Of a stretch of DNA of 46,839 bases, positions 1 to 10,987 are shown piece after piece. Within the stretch, counting starts at the first letter, position 1. The number at the start of each line of letters is the position of its first letter. Below the pieces are notes generated by a model. That model was not told the DNA's origin. It saw only the letters and a program-made list of their open reading frames with translations, and did no database searches. Source of the DNA: a virus (lineage: Duplodnaviria; Caudoviricetes); the IMG/VR virus record IMGVR_UViG_3300035049_000443, positions 1 to 46,839 of that record. One strand, written 5' to 3'. A program made the translations under genes and the position numbers.

Positions 1-313
1 TATTGATTTCACCAGAAACGCTGACGCCTCGAACTGCGGTAACTGGTCCAAGGAGCAGGTCATAATCAGTGCCGGTTATATCTTCTTTGGGCCAATCAAT
101 CCAGGTACAAGTACCAGCTAATACTGCTGCATCAGAGCTTGTTGTAAACTGAAACTTACCCGTGTTTGCGCCGGCTATGATTGTGCAAGTAACTCGTTTA
201 GTATCAGAAATTCCAGGCAGCAAAACAGTATCACCATCAGCACCATCAGCAATAGTCTCAGTGTATTCAAAGCCACATCCGACAGTCCTCTTTGATAAAT
301 TTACAATAGCCAT
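1..313 (-). CDS. Partial (3'-truncated) hypothetical virion-arm protein, MAIVNLSKRTVGCGFEYTETIADGADG...
   Basis: Hand-translated open frame from ATG at 313 to the window edge; GGGAGA SD at 321-326; follows the giant gene by 3 nt. Confidence 0.75.
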   Translation of the reverse strand, partial: MAIVNLSKRTVGCGFEYTETIADGADGDTVLLPGISDTKRVTCTIIAGANTGKFQFTTSSDAAVLAGTCTWIDWPKEDITGTDYDLLLGPVTAVRGVSVSGEIN

Positions 314-316
314 TTG

Positions 317-3300
317 TTAATCTCCCATATTTGTTCTTTGAAAAAAGTTTTCCAACATCAAATCTCTTTGACGCTTTACCTGAGCGATCCTCTTCTGAAT
401 ATTTGGTGTTTGCGGCATGTCTTTAAGCTTATTAATTAATGCTTTATTCCTATTTAAGCTGCCTTGCATGCTATCTACCATCTTCATCTGGCGAAACTGG
501 TCAATGTTGGATCGCAGAAATTCACGTTTGTCGCCGGCTTTGTCAAACTGATTCTTGAATTTGTTTGTTTCTTTTTTGAGTTTATTAAACTCTTGTTCAG
601 CTAAAGATAATTTTTTTTCACTTCCTCTGCCGTAATGCCAATAATATAATTTTCCAACAACTGGTATTGATTCAACAGATCTAACACCTTCAGAAACATC
701 ACCAAAAACATCCCTGGTTAAGGAATCAACAAATTTAAATGGCGGCAAAATCTGCCCAAACAGCGCAGATCCAGCGCCATCCTTTCTTATTTGAGTTTGC
801 AAATATCTTGAAGCCCCACCCAGGGTAAGTAAGTTCTCAATTACGTGATCCTCAAACTTACTTTCCTTGTCCATAATTAAATCTTTCAGTGCATCCGCGC
901 CAGCATTTGCCAGTGTAAGAACAGAAGCGAGACTGATTAAGTTTCGCATGCCTGACATAACAACTTGAGGATCTTTCGATCTTAGCTGTTGATAAACCTC
1001 TCGTCTAAAGACATCAATTTGTTTCAGTGTATATGTCTTAAGCATATAAAAGATTCTGCCATTACCGGAATTCAGATATTTCTCCGGCATTTCGCTTAGC
1101 GCTACTGGTTGAAAATCTAACAATCTGTTATAAACCAAGAGCTTCACATTCTCACTCGGGTTGTTTGCCAACAAGTCTTGAACAACACTATTGGTATCTT
1201 TACCAAAGATGTGCCTGATTTCTTTTTTTAGTGCCTCAGGATTGTTATTTGCCTTAGCCTTATAGTTTTCAAAAGCTGTGTTGATCAACGTCTCTTTGCC
1301 GATAGAATCTATGCGTTCTAAGCCAACTTTTTTGAAAACCCAAGATACTGCATTACTCATAGTATCTGCATCAGCAAACTCTTGTGCAATCCTTTCAATA
1401 CCAAGATCTTCCTTAGTTATACCTGACTCATTAAAAACTGCTTTAATCAGATTTTTTGTTGTCCGAGCAATCCCAGTCGGTGTCAGTCCTCCAACATAAT
1501 ATGCCCAGGCAAGGTCACCAATCTGGGTCAGCGCTGATATTGGACTGCCCATCGTATCAATATAAGAGAAGTTTTTATATTTGTTTACAATCCCATGTGT
1601 TCCTTGCTCATGAAATCTGGCATTAAGAATCTCTTTGACTGTTGTTTCATGGTCTTCTGTAATAATACCTTTTTCCATCAGTTCGACAATGTAAGTATCA
1701 ATGTTTTCTGAAAAATCTCTGTCGTTGATTTTATACTTTTCAATGACTGCCTGATGAAGTTTGATTTCATCTTGAAGTTCGTTAATCTTATTCTGAATGT
1801 CAGTTGTATCCTGACCTTCGCTAGTCATTAATGCTTCCATTTCTTGTAAACTAACCAGCCTGGTGTTGATTGCTCTAACTTTTGTCTTTGCCCTACCAAT
1901 GTTTTTTGGAACTCGACCAAAGAATCTTCTGGCTTCGATTTTTTTATTCATAGAATAAATGTATTGCATCAGCGCTGCACCGGAATCCATATAATATGGA
2001 GCAAATTCTTCTGGAATAATATCAAATACCCGACCTTGGATGTTACCAGGACCACCAGTTCCGCCATAATTAGAAAGAATAATATTCCCAATAATGTCGG
2101 CCTTGAGATCTTTGTCCATGTTTTTTACAGAAATTCCAAGCTTCTTAGCCTTGGCTTTTAAAGCATCTGTAAACTCTGGCCGACGAGAAATTTCCTTCGT
2201 TACTTGAAGAAAACCTTCTGTGTCTTTTAAAATCCTGGGCCAGTAATTATCCACATAACCAACATCATAACCTACATCTATAGCAGCTTTACGGATGTTG
2301 TCTAAAACCTGGCGAAGTTGATTATAGTTTTCTTTAATACCATATTTGGCTGCCAGAGTATTTATTCTATTAATATCTCCGTTCTTTGTTGCCCAGTCCC
2401 AGGCACTTTGATCAGCGGAAGACATCTTATCAACTGCTCGCATAATAGGTAATGCAACCTGAAGTTGTTGAGATATTTGAGTTGTTGTATCAAAGTCCAG
2501 TTTACGAAGTTTCGCTGATAAGAGAGGGCTAATGTTTTTGAGTCTTGTGGATATTGGGCCTGCAATTTTATCAAGAAATAACTTAGCATCAGCTTTAGTC
2601 ATTCGAGATACCTGACGAACCTTATCCCAAATATTCTTCTTATGTGCATGAATGCGATCATATTCTTCTTGCGGAATGTCTCGGGTTGGTATATTAGGAT
2701 CAGAGATATTAGTTTCTGCAACTTGAAACTGAGGAAACCCTTCTCGAAGGGCTTTTGAACGCATCTTGGGCGTGATTGGCAAGGTCCAAGCAGACATGGT
2801 AATTGGTTCTTGATTAAAAGTTCCGTCAACATCATCAGCAAGTTGTTTTGCTCTTTCTTTTGTTGTTGCTCTGGTAACAAAATTACCGTTTGCATCCCGA
2901 ACAATAAAAGGAGCATTTGAATCAGGTATTTGTGTTTCAAGTTCTGTCTGACCAACTTTGGCACTGCCCCAACTTTTTTTGTTGAAGAACTTGTTGACTT
3001 CTGCCGGAAGGATCTTATCATAAAACCCAGCCATGCCTGTATCAGATACAGTTATATCATCTCCTTCAAATGTACCAGATTGCTGTGGACTTTCAATGAT
3101 CTGATCTCCCATTGATTTTCCAATGGCATCGCTGATGGAATTTTCACGCTCGATTGTATTCACAACCTGCTGGCCGTTCTTATACCCAACCAGCTGAATA
3201 CTATCTTGGGTTTTATTCCATTCAATTTTATCCACAGCTGTACGTAATGCTTGTTTATATCGCTCAACCTGAATCTCTCCTGGAGTCCAAGCGATTTGGT

Positions 3301-6300
3301 CATAGCCATTCTCAGCTGCATATCGGACCATCTTTTTCATGGCCAGCATTGCCCAGTTTTTAGATCCTTTGAACGGCGCATTAGGAACAGTACTGCTATT
3401 ATTACGCTCTTTCTTTGCAAAAGCTAAGGATTCATCAATAATGTTTTGAGGTACTTTTAAATACTCTAAAACAAGAGGATCACCGAGAATATCATTAGCT
3501 GTAATATTAACAGTAGAAGTTTCTGAATCATTCAAAAAGTTTTGTTCAAAATATGGCTTTATTTTGTTTACAATAGCTGCCTTTTCGTCAGCTAAATTTT
3601 TAGTATATCCTTTCTTCCTACCCTCTTGATGCCAGTCACTCTGAACCTCTTCCAAAAAGAGTACCTTCTCTCCGTTAGGTCCAGTGCGATCGTTCATTCG
3701 GACGTGGACAAGAATATTTGGTTCATCATAATGAGGTCCTTTATAATCCTGACCTCTGGTATCTTGATTACCTGCTTCTGCATGAGCTTCTGCAATAAGT
3801 CTTTTTTGATAATCATTTAATTCTGACCAAGGAACATCTATAGCTCCAGGATAATCATTTGCATAACCACCAGAAGTATAATACTCCTCAACTGTTTTTG
3901 CTCCTTGGGCAGGCAACGTCAACAGAACTTCTTTATAATTAGTTCCGCCTGGTTCTTGGTAAGAGGAGAACTTAGTTTGATCCTCAAGAGATCTTTCAAG
4001 ATCTGCACGCTGATTTGAAATTCGTGTTAACTCAGCTTGACGGTCAGCTGGACTTAACATCATTGCATCACCCGTATTTTGACGAAGCTCTTCTTCTTGC
4101 TGATAAAGATAATTTATTTGAGCTATAATTTTATCATCATTTGATGCTGTTGCTTCTTTTACAACTTCCTCAATCCTTATCTGATTAGCATCCAAGTAAT
4201 CCAACACATCTTTCTTGGTAACAGTCTTCTTTCCTTCAAGCCAATTCATCAGGCCGGACCATTCCAATTCGTCCTGCTTAAATTCGCCCTTATTAGCCCA
4301 GGCTTGAACCTGTTTCTTAACTGATTCTCCCGTACCTTTTGACATCTTTTGATCTATCGTATTCCTCAATTGGGAATAAAAGGTATTCGCGGATTGTTCC
4401 ATCTGTGGAACAGTTACCTGATAAGTCTGATCACCAACTTTGCGTTCATAAATCCTGCCAGTTTCAACCTCTCTGGCAAGACCTCCAACAGTCTGTCGAC
4501 CCAAGTTCAGTAGTTTATTAAAGAAATCCAACACACGCTGAATAAGTGTTCCAAGCGGCTTGTTGCGATATTCAGCTCTGTTCAGCATAACCTGTGCGAA
4601 GGTGTTTGCTCTATTTTCACGCATAGCCTGGACTGGATCAGTATTAGTACTAAGAGCAAATGTCAGCTTGCCAGCTTTTCGAAGTCTGTTAAACTCCCGA
4701 TTCAGCGCTGCATCATCATCCTGGGTAATCAATCCCATGTTATCTAAAACATGCTTGTTTTCATGCCACAGAGTTGCATTATCTGCAAAGTCTTTATCAA
4801 GCAAAATGTTGTTATCAATAGTAACTCCCAGGATCTTGCCATCTTTGTTAGACATCTCGCCAGTGTTCATAGCAACTTCAATAAAGCCATCACCAACACC
4901 TGTAATCTTTTGAATGGTAACACCACGCCCGTTTTTAAAACGAACCGAGAAAGAACCATCTTCAGACTGGAAAACTTGCTGACCTGGATAGGTTGCCTGA
5001 ACATCAGATAAAGTAATCCCCTGGCCTGGAGTTCTATCTTCGCGGATTTCAAACTGAGAATTTGAACCATCCTTTAATTTCTGATTCTCAACTATTAGGC
5101 GCTGAATCTGATTCCTGATTGCAGTCTTTTCTGGTCCTTTCGGCATTGTTACTGTCTGCATCATGAGACGTTCAATCTCAGTTTCGTTTGCAGCAATTTG
5201 TGCACTAACCCCAGGCGTAGCATCCTTTACTTGCTGTTCACCAGTTGAACGACCTGGCGTAGTTTTAGCTGATTTTGCTAACGGTTTCTTTGTTCGCTTA
5301 CTATCATTCAGCCATGATTTAAACTCAGTTTGTGTTAATTCAGTAATATTTCCTAAGCCTTGCCAACCATCTTCATAATTAGACAGATACAAAGCTGTAG
5401 CTTCCTGAGCATTCTCTGCACCAAGAATAACTTTATGCTCATCAAACTTACCTGTCTTCGGATCAATCTGATCAACAACAAAAACTTTAGGACTTGTAAC
5501 AGTATCAGGCTTCACAAACACATCTACTTGATCACCATCTTTGCCTTCAGATCTTTGAAAGTATCCATAATGACTTCCCATTTCAGAAGACCATTCATTA
5601 CCTTCAGGATCGGTACCAGATCTGGTTGAGCCTGCCGGATTTTCAATAGAAATCTTAAGCCCGTCAATTTCCATCTTAGCTTTCTTATAATTACCAGCAG
5701 CTTTCTGTTCATCAGAAGGTTCCGCATTGATTTCTGAATCAACAACAGCTTCTTCCGTTTTCAGATTAACTACAGCTAAAGCATTTTTAAGCTGCTTCTG
5801 CTCATCAAGCAGACTAAGAATTTGACGATTAATTTCAGTTTGTTCCGCCTTAGAATTAACAGCCTTCAACTGGTTTGTTAATTGACGAACTTGATTTTGA
5901 TTTTCAATCAGCGCTGTCTGATTAGATTCAAGAGCTTCTCGTTCTGTAGGTGGAATCTCCTGATTGGCTTGCTTAAACATTGTGTTTAAAGCAGCGCGGT
6001 CTGCAATGTTATCTTGAATGAGTTGCTGCCGGAATGTAGCTGGATCAACATTATTGTTTGCTGCTTCAATTTCCATTGTCAACGGATTCCGAAGCATTTC
6101 ATCTCTCTGCCGAATAGAAGTAGCCAACGGCTGAAGATGTTGATAGTTCGTACCAATCCTCGGTACTGGCATATATGGGTCGTAGCCTTCAACAGCTTCA
6201 GGAGAAATATCTTGCGGGCGTGGAAATATTTTCCCACCAAGCCGCTGGGTTATTTTTGCAAATGGATCAAACTGCCTGGGATCAGCTTCTCCATAATCGA

Positions 6301-8224
6301 TTGGAATAATCTGATCAGGAGCCGGACCTTCCAGAATGGGAATTTCAGCTTTTTGCTGTTCAGCAATTTCAATAAATCCAGGCAAGTGGTTTTCAATTCG
6401 ATTCGCGAATCGATCCAGAGCTGCTTCAAGTTCAATCTCACGCAAAGATTTCCGAGGCTGATTTTGATTCATAATCTCACGTTGCCGTTTGATTAATGCC
6501 AGCGCAGATTGTTCTCGTTTAATAATAGTTTCCTGCTCTTCTGGGCTGAGATCAGCAAAATCATTTGCAACAACTTCAAATGGACCATCATCAAAATAAG
6601 CATCAGAATCTATCAAGCGCTGATTTTGACTAAGTAATGTTGAAACAATTTCAGTAGTATTCGGTGTAGATAAAGTGTTACCAAAAGCAGCCAGCAATAT
6701 AAAAAAGTTTTCCTGAACTTCAATTGGAAACTCAGCCAACAGTTCTGGATTATTAACATATCTTTCAGAAGTACCTACAAAGTCTTCTTTCAGAGCTGTT
6801 TCTAAGATATTATTATACTTACGAACCTTAAGTTCATTTTGAAACTTTGCTTCTTCTGCTTGCCAGTAAGCTTCATCTTCTTTTTGTTTTGCTTCATATT
6901 CAGCGCGAGCTTGATCATTTAGAATTCGTGTATCAGCATCAGACAACTTCTTCTGAATTTGTTGTTTTTGATTATTTTCTATAGCAAGATCAAGATCAGC
7001 TTTTAATTGTTGTTTTCTTTCCAGTCTTTGCTGCTTAATCATATCTTGTTTCTGCTGAAGGTCGATAAAATCCTTCTCAGAAAAGAACTTTCCAGCTGGT
7101 TGCTTTTTCGAGTCTTTAGTCTTACCATCTTTTTTATCTACAGCTGTTTCAGCTTGTATAACATCTGGAGTAGAAAAGATTCCAAAGCCTCCGCCCATTG
7201 CAGCGCCCGCCAGCATTCCAAGTGCAGCCGCCTCACCGACACCCTCACCAAGTGGTTTGTCAGTAGCTGCATTCATCCAAACCTGTTCTTGGGCAGACTG
7301 CGGCAGTTCTTCAAAAATACCTTCAGTGATACCACCAGAAATTATGCGACCTACAACTCCTTTGTGATTCTTAACAGATGACTTAGCAACCTCATTTACA
7401 GCCTTTCCAGTTTTGGCCCCTGGAGAAAGTTTTCCTCCAGCCAGCCATGTGTCAATATCACCAATTCCAAGCTTCTTCGCAAGTCTAGCACCCGCGATAC
7501 CAAAAGCTCCAGTACCAATTCCAGACCCAACAGACTGGGCAATTTGTTTCCCGGTTAATAGACCATCTTCATTTTGCTGCCTTACCTCTTCCGCCATACT
7601 TCCAGCCTGGACTGAACCTTCACCAGCAGCGCCAGCAATCAAGTAGCGAGACTGCCCAGCTGCCTGCATCGCCTTAGGTGCGATTCTTCCACCTGCTGCC
7701 AACAATCCCCTGCCAAGGAAACCACCAGCTACCATACTCGGAGTAGATTCCAATACCGAATGAACTATAGTGCTGGGATTTTGTATGGCCGTACCAAGTG
7801 TACTAAGAAAACCTTTAGCTTCAGAAACCTTTCTGTTGGCTGCTTGCTGAGCAGGAGAATAATGACTTGCCAGACGTTCATCCAGCTCGCCTGGCTCATA
7901 ACCAGTTACGTCTTCAATAAACTTGCCAGCATGTCCGCCAGTTGGAAGATTCGCCAGACCGATCATTGCATCAACTGCTTGAACTCCGCCTCGGGCAAGA
8001 CTCACACCAGCGTCAGTTGCAATATTGGCCAGCGTCCTCTCAGGCGGAACAGCATTATCTTCAGCCATGTTTCCTAAAGTTCGCTGTTTTCCAGATAATG
8101 AAACATTCAAACCTGGAGTAGATTCAGCCAATCGGCGATATTGTGGATTTATCTGAAGAAGCAAATTATGCTTTGCTTCAAGATCTTCTCTACTCCAAGA
8201 GCTGTATGGGTTATTTTCAGGCAT
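317..8224 (-). CDS. Giant polyvalent internal virion/ejection protein (2635 aa) with InPase-like, HExxH peptidase-like and EEVQSDWHQ domains
   Basis: Gly/Ala-rich N-terminus; HYGYFQRSEGKDGDQVDVF...FDEHKVILG pyrophosphatase-like motifs; LWHENKH; GGTNYKEVLL...EEVQSDWHQ...APFK block; distal position in the structural operon. Confidence 0.8.
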   Translation of the reverse strand: MPENNPYSSWSREDLEAKHNLLLQINPQYRRLAESTPGLNVSLSGKQRTLGNMAEDNAVPPERTLANIATDAGVSLARGGVQAVDAMIGLANLPTGGHAGKFIEDVTGYEPGELDERLASHYSPAQQAANRKVSEAKGFLSTLGTAIQNPSTIVHSVLESTPSMVAGGFLGRGLLAAGGRIAPKAMQAAGQSRYLIAGAAGEGSVQAGSMAEEVRQQNEDGLLTGKQIAQSVGSGIGTGAFGIAGARLAKKLGIGDIDTWLAGGKLSPGAKTGKAVNEVAKSSVKNHKGVVGRIISGGITEGIFEELPQSAQEQVWMNAATDKPLGEGVGEAAALGMLAGAAMGGGFGIFSTPDVIQAETAVDKKDGKTKDSKKQPAGKFFSEKDFIDLQQKQDMIKQQRLERKQQLKADLDLAIENNQKQQIQKKLSDADTRILNDQARAEYEAKQKEDEAYWQAEEAKFQNELKVRKYNNILETALKEDFVGTSERYVNNPELLAEFPIEVQENFFILLAAFGNTLSTPNTTEIVSTLLSQNQRLIDSDAYFDDGPFEVVANDFADLSPEEQETIIKREQSALALIKRQREIMNQNQPRKSLREIELEAALDRFANRIENHLPGFIEIAEQQKAEIPILEGPAPDQIIPIDYGEADPRQFDPFAKITQRLGGKIFPRPQDISPEAVEGYDPYMPVPRIGTNYQHLQPLATSIRQRDEMLRNPLTMEIEAANNNVDPATFRQQLIQDNIADRAALNTMFKQANQEIPPTEREALESNQTALIENQNQVRQLTNQLKAVNSKAEQTEINRQILSLLDEQKQLKNALAVVNLKTEEAVVDSEINAEPSDEQKAAGNYKKAKMEIDGLKISIENPAGSTRSGTDPEGNEWSSEMGSHYGYFQRSEGKDGDQVDVFVKPDTVTSPKVFVVDQIDPKTGKFDEHKVILGAENAQEATALYLSNYEDGWQGLGNITELTQTEFKSWLNDSKRTKKPLAKSAKTTPGRSTGEQQVKDATPGVSAQIAANETEIERLMMQTVTMPKGPEKTAIRNQIQRLIVENQKLKDGSNSQFEIREDRTPGQGITLSDVQATYPGQQVFQSEDGSFSVRFKNGRGVTIQKITGVGDGFIEVAMNTGEMSNKDGKILGVTIDNNILLDKDFADNATLWHENKHVLDNMGLITQDDDAALNREFNRLRKAGKLTFALSTNTDPVQAMRENRANTFAQVMLNRAEYRNKPLGTLIQRVLDFFNKLLNLGRQTVGGLAREVETGRIYERKVGDQTYQVTVPQMEQSANTFYSQLRNTIDQKMSKGTGESVKKQVQAWANKGEFKQDELEWSGLMNWLEGKKTVTKKDVLDYLDANQIRIEEVVKEATASNDDKIIAQINYLYQQEEELRQNTGDAMMLSPADRQAELTRISNQRADLERSLEDQTKFSSYQEPGGTNYKEVLLTLPAQGAKTVEEYYTSGGYANDYPGAIDVPWSELNDYQKRLIAEAHAEAGNQDTRGQDYKGPHYDEPNILVHVRMNDRTGPNGEKVLFLEEVQSDWHQEGRKKGYTKNLADEKAAIVNKIKPYFEQNFLNDSETSTVNITANDILGDPLVLEYLKVPQNIIDESLAFAKKERNNSSTVPNAPFKGSKNWAMLAMKKMVRYAAENGYDQIAWTPGEIQVERYKQALRTAVDKIEWNKTQDSIQLVGYKNGQQVVNTIERENSISDAIGKSMGDQIIESPQQSGTFEGDDITVSDTGMAGFYDKILPAEVNKFFNKKSWGSAKVGQTELETQIPDSNAPFIVRDANGNFVTRATTKERAKQLADDVDGTFNQEPITMSAWTLPITPKMRSKALREGFPQFQVAETNISDPNIPTRDIPQEEYDRIHAHKKNIWDKVRQVSRMTKADAKLFLDKIAGPISTRLKNISPLLSAKLRKLDFDTTTQISQQLQVALPIMRAVDKMSSADQSAWDWATKNGDINRINTLAAKYGIKENYNQLRQVLDNIRKAAIDVGYDVGYVDNYWPRILKDTEGFLQVTKEISRRPEFTDALKAKAKKLGISVKNMDKDLKADIIGNIILSNYGGTGGPGNIQGRVFDIIPEEFAPYYMDSGAALMQYIYSMNKKIEARRFFGRVPKNIGRAKTKVRAINTRLVSLQEMEALMTSEGQDTTDIQNKINELQDEIKLHQAVIEKYKINDRDFSENIDTYIVELMEKGIITEDHETTVKEILNARFHEQGTHGIVNKYKNFSYIDTMGSPISALTQIGDLAWAYYVGGLTPTGIARTTKNLIKAVFNESGITKEDLGIERIAQEFADADTMSNAVSWVFKKVGLERIDSIGKETLINTAFENYKAKANNNPEALKKEIRHIFGKDTNSVVQDLLANNPSENVKLLVYNRLLDFQPVALSEMPEKYLNSGNGRIFYMLKTYTLKQIDVFRREVYQQLRSKDPQVVMSGMRNLISLASVLTLANAGADALKDLIMDKESKFEDHVIENLLTLGGASRYLQTQIRKDGAGSALFGQILPPFKFVDSLTRDVFGDVSEGVRSVESIPVVGKLYYWHYGRGSEKKLSLAEQEFNKLKKETNKFKNQFDKAGDKREFLRSNIDQFRQMKMVDSMQGSLNRNKALINKLKDMPQTPNIQKRIAQVKRQRDLMLENFFQRTNMGD

Positions 8225-8229
8225 AGGAA

Positions 8230-9090
8230 TTACCTTGTCCAGAGATTTTGTCTTTGAAATCTATTAACCAAAGAATCAGCGGTCCCACCAATTGTTTTAT
8301 TTAATGGATTTAAAACGCTTCTTAATGGCCGAAGTCTTTCAGACATTGAAGAGGTTTCTTGCGGGGCTACAATAGAACTTGTTACTACAGGCCGATTTGT
8401 GTACGTTCCATCAGTAGTTTGAACTACTGAGTCAGTATTAACTAAAGAAATTGGTTCTGTTCTTTGAGTATCTATTTCTGAAGTATTTTGCTGAATTGCT
8501 AAAGCCTCAAGAAGTTTTTTCATCTCATCCGCTTTTGTTGGATTATTCATCTCACTTAGAAAAGATAAGAATCTTCCAGGATCAGGCATATTTCCCAACT
8601 CGTCCGGCTTAAATCCAGCAGCTGCTTGCAAAGCTCGAAGATTATATCCCCTGGACTGATCAAAATCCTGGGCGGATTGCAGACGATTTTCCATTCGATC
8701 AAATTGTTGAGCTTTCAAATCTCGATCTGCTTTTTGCTGCCAAAAATCCTGATCAGATTTTTCTCTTTCCAGATCAAGCATATCATATTTATATGCTAGG
8801 TCAGACTTTTGACGCTGCATTAATCCTTCTTGCTCCATACCAGTACGTTTAGTCATTCCAGCCTGCTCTAAACCAGTTCTGGTAGTAGCTCCTTGTTGGG
8901 CTATTTTAGCAGCATCTAAATTTCCCTGATTAACCAATTGCTGCTGCTCTAATTTTCGCCGTTGTTCATCTTCAGCATTTAACTGCTCACCAGTTACATA
9001 AGTCAAACCTCGCCAAACACCAGGACGGCGATTTTGTCTTTGTTCATTATAAAATCTGTCAGCTGCTTTTTTTGCATAATAATTTGTCAT
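8230..9090 (-). CDS. Putative internal virion (ejection) protein, 286 aa
   Basis: Gln-rich helical protein with repeated T(K/T)RTG(L/M)EQ motif, directly upstream of the giant protein; SD GAGGGAAG. Confidence 0.65.
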   Translation of the reverse strand: MTNYYAKKAADRFYNEQRQNRRPGVWRGLTYVTGEQLNAEDEQRRKLEQQQLVNQGNLDAAKIAQQGATTRTGLEQAGMTKRTGMEQEGLMQRQKSDLAYKYDMLDLEREKSDQDFWQQKADRDLKAQQFDRMENRLQSAQDFDQSRGYNLRALQAAAGFKPDELGNMPDPGRFLSFLSEMNNPTKADEMKKLLEALAIQQNTSEIDTQRTEPISLVNTDSVVQTTDGTYTNRPVVTSSIVAPQETSSMSERLRPLRSVLNPLNKTIGGTADSLVNRFQRQNLWTR

Positions 9091-9103
9091 AGCTTCCCTC
9101 TTA

Positions 9104-10987
9104 TTAATAGCTATAGCTGTGAATATGACTTGTTGTTGGTCTTTCTTTTGTCAAATCATGGCTATATGATAATGAATTTCCTGCTGAGGCAGAAGCATTT
9201 ACTGCATTCATTGCCGATGCAGCTAATTGTGCATTAGTATTCATAATACCTTCAGTAGCTTCAACTTCCAATTTTTTTAGCGCTACATATGAACGAGATG
9301 TACTTTCCACAATAGCCCGAGCTTGTTCCATTTGTGCACGAGCACTTTCAATCTGACTACTGTATTCAGTTACACGAGAACGGAACTCCATCTCTTTAGC
9401 TCCAGTCTTGGCCTGATAAGCACTAACAGATGCCTGATAACCAGAAACAGAAAGCTGCGCTGTCTTGATTTCAGACTCAATTTCAGAACGATAACGATCA
9501 ATATCAGCCCTGTATTTTTCAATTAACTGTTGATTTTCTGCAATCTTATTTGCAGCTTTGATTCTTTCTGCTTCAATAACTCCAAGCTGCCCTCTAATTT
9601 CAGCTTCATATGCTTCTACTTCAGACTTAAATGCATTTGCTCGAACTCCTTCAGCATCAACTTCTGTTTTATAAACATCAACTTTAGTTTTTTCTGCAGT
9701 TATTGCTGTAGCATATGCTTCAGTTTTTGTTCTGAATACATTGATTTGAAGATTTTGTATTTCTGCCTGAATACGAGCAGATTCCATTTCTGTCTGATAA
9801 ATTTTGACTATCGTTTCAACTGCAGCTATCTGAGTATTGTAAATATTTACTCTAGCCTGTTGAACATCAGTTTCAGCTTTTACAGCCTCAATCTGAGCAC
9901 GATAAAGTTCAACAGCTGCCAGTTCTGCCCTGATTTTGGTTTCAAATATCTGAGCTTCAGTCTTGTACTCTTCCAACAAAAGATTCTGTCTGGCTACTAT
10001 TGCGTTATAAATAGAAATTGCACTTTCAACAGATGAAATAGCTGCTTGTAATGCTCTATCCTGTTGAGCATTAAAGAACTGTCCAAGCATTTGTTCTAGA
10101 ACAACTGCCTGCTGAATTGTAAATTGAGTATTTTTCTGTGCAAGTTCAGCCTGATTAATAGCTATTTCTCTACTGGCCTGGTCATTCTTTAACGATATCT
10201 CATTACTGACTTGCATCATCCTGGCTGCATATGATCCAGAAGGAAGTTCAAATCCAGTTGCGGAAAATTGATTTTGAATCTCTTGATATAATCTATCATT
10301 TTCAGTTTGCTGTCTTGTCAGAAAACGAGCATAAATATCTTCTTCAACATCTACATCTAATCCAGTTCCACCATTTGCAATATCATCCAAGATTTTATTA
10401 AATAATGGAATTCGAATATCTGAGTTATATGCAGCTTCAGTAAATGATAGTCCATCTGGTGTATTTGGAGCATCTAAACTTGGTGCAGTTGCTGTAAAAG
10501 TAGCAATATCAATCACAGGTGGGGTTGGAAAAGTTAAGTCATCCAGTGTAGGTGCAGTTGGCATTGTAATACTGGGAGCATTTGGAATTGTAATAGAAGA
10601 TAAACTCGGTTCCTCTGGTACAGTACCATAATTCAAACTAGGTGCTGTTGGCTTATCGAAAGTAAAAGAAAATGATTTAGCCGAAACAGAGGATGTAATA
10701 TCCGGAACATCTACCATTACTGGATCTGTTGGTGCACCAGTTAAAAATGTTGGAAAATCAGCAAGAACCTCAGCAAATGATGGTACTGCTGTATAGTCAA
10801 TTGAAGTTATTTCTGGAAGTTCTACACTTGAAATATCACTGGTACTTGGCATAGTTAAACCAGAAAGAAGAGCGCTTATTTCACCAATATAGTTTTCAAC
10901 ATATGTCAGTGCTTCATCAGCATATGCTTCTGCCAAATCAAATCGATTATTTACCAGTTCACTGGTAGTTAAATCACCTTCAGCCAT
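9104..10987 (-). CDS. Virion structural protein, 627 aa (Pro/Thr-rich N-half, long coiled-coil C-half)
   Basis: Long ORF in structural operon, heptad-rich C-terminal half, SD GAGGTG. Confidence 0.7.
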   Translation of the reverse strand: MAEGDLTTSELVNNRFDLAEAYADEALTYVENYIGEISALLSGLTMPSTSDISSVELPEITSIDYTAVPSFAEVLADFPTFLTGAPTDPVMVDVPDITSSVSAKSFSFTFDKPTAPSLNYGTVPEEPSLSSITIPNAPSITMPTAPTLDDLTFPTPPVIDIATFTATAPSLDAPNTPDGLSFTEAAYNSDIRIPLFNKILDDIANGGTGLDVDVEEDIYARFLTRQQTENDRLYQEIQNQFSATGFELPSGSYAARMMQVSNEISLKNDQASREIAINQAELAQKNTQFTIQQAVVLEQMLGQFFNAQQDRALQAAISSVESAISIYNAIVARQNLLLEEYKTEAQIFETKIRAELAAVELYRAQIEAVKAETDVQQARVNIYNTQIAAVETIVKIYQTEMESARIQAEIQNLQINVFRTKTEAYATAITAEKTKVDVYKTEVDAEGVRANAFKSEVEAYEAEIRGQLGVIEAERIKAANKIAENQQLIEKYRADIDRYRSEIESEIKTAQLSVSGYQASVSAYQAKTGAKEMEFRSRVTEYSSQIESARAQMEQARAIVESTSRSYVALKKLEVEATEGIMNTNAQLAASAMNAVNASASAGNSLSYSHDLTKERPTTSHIHSYSY

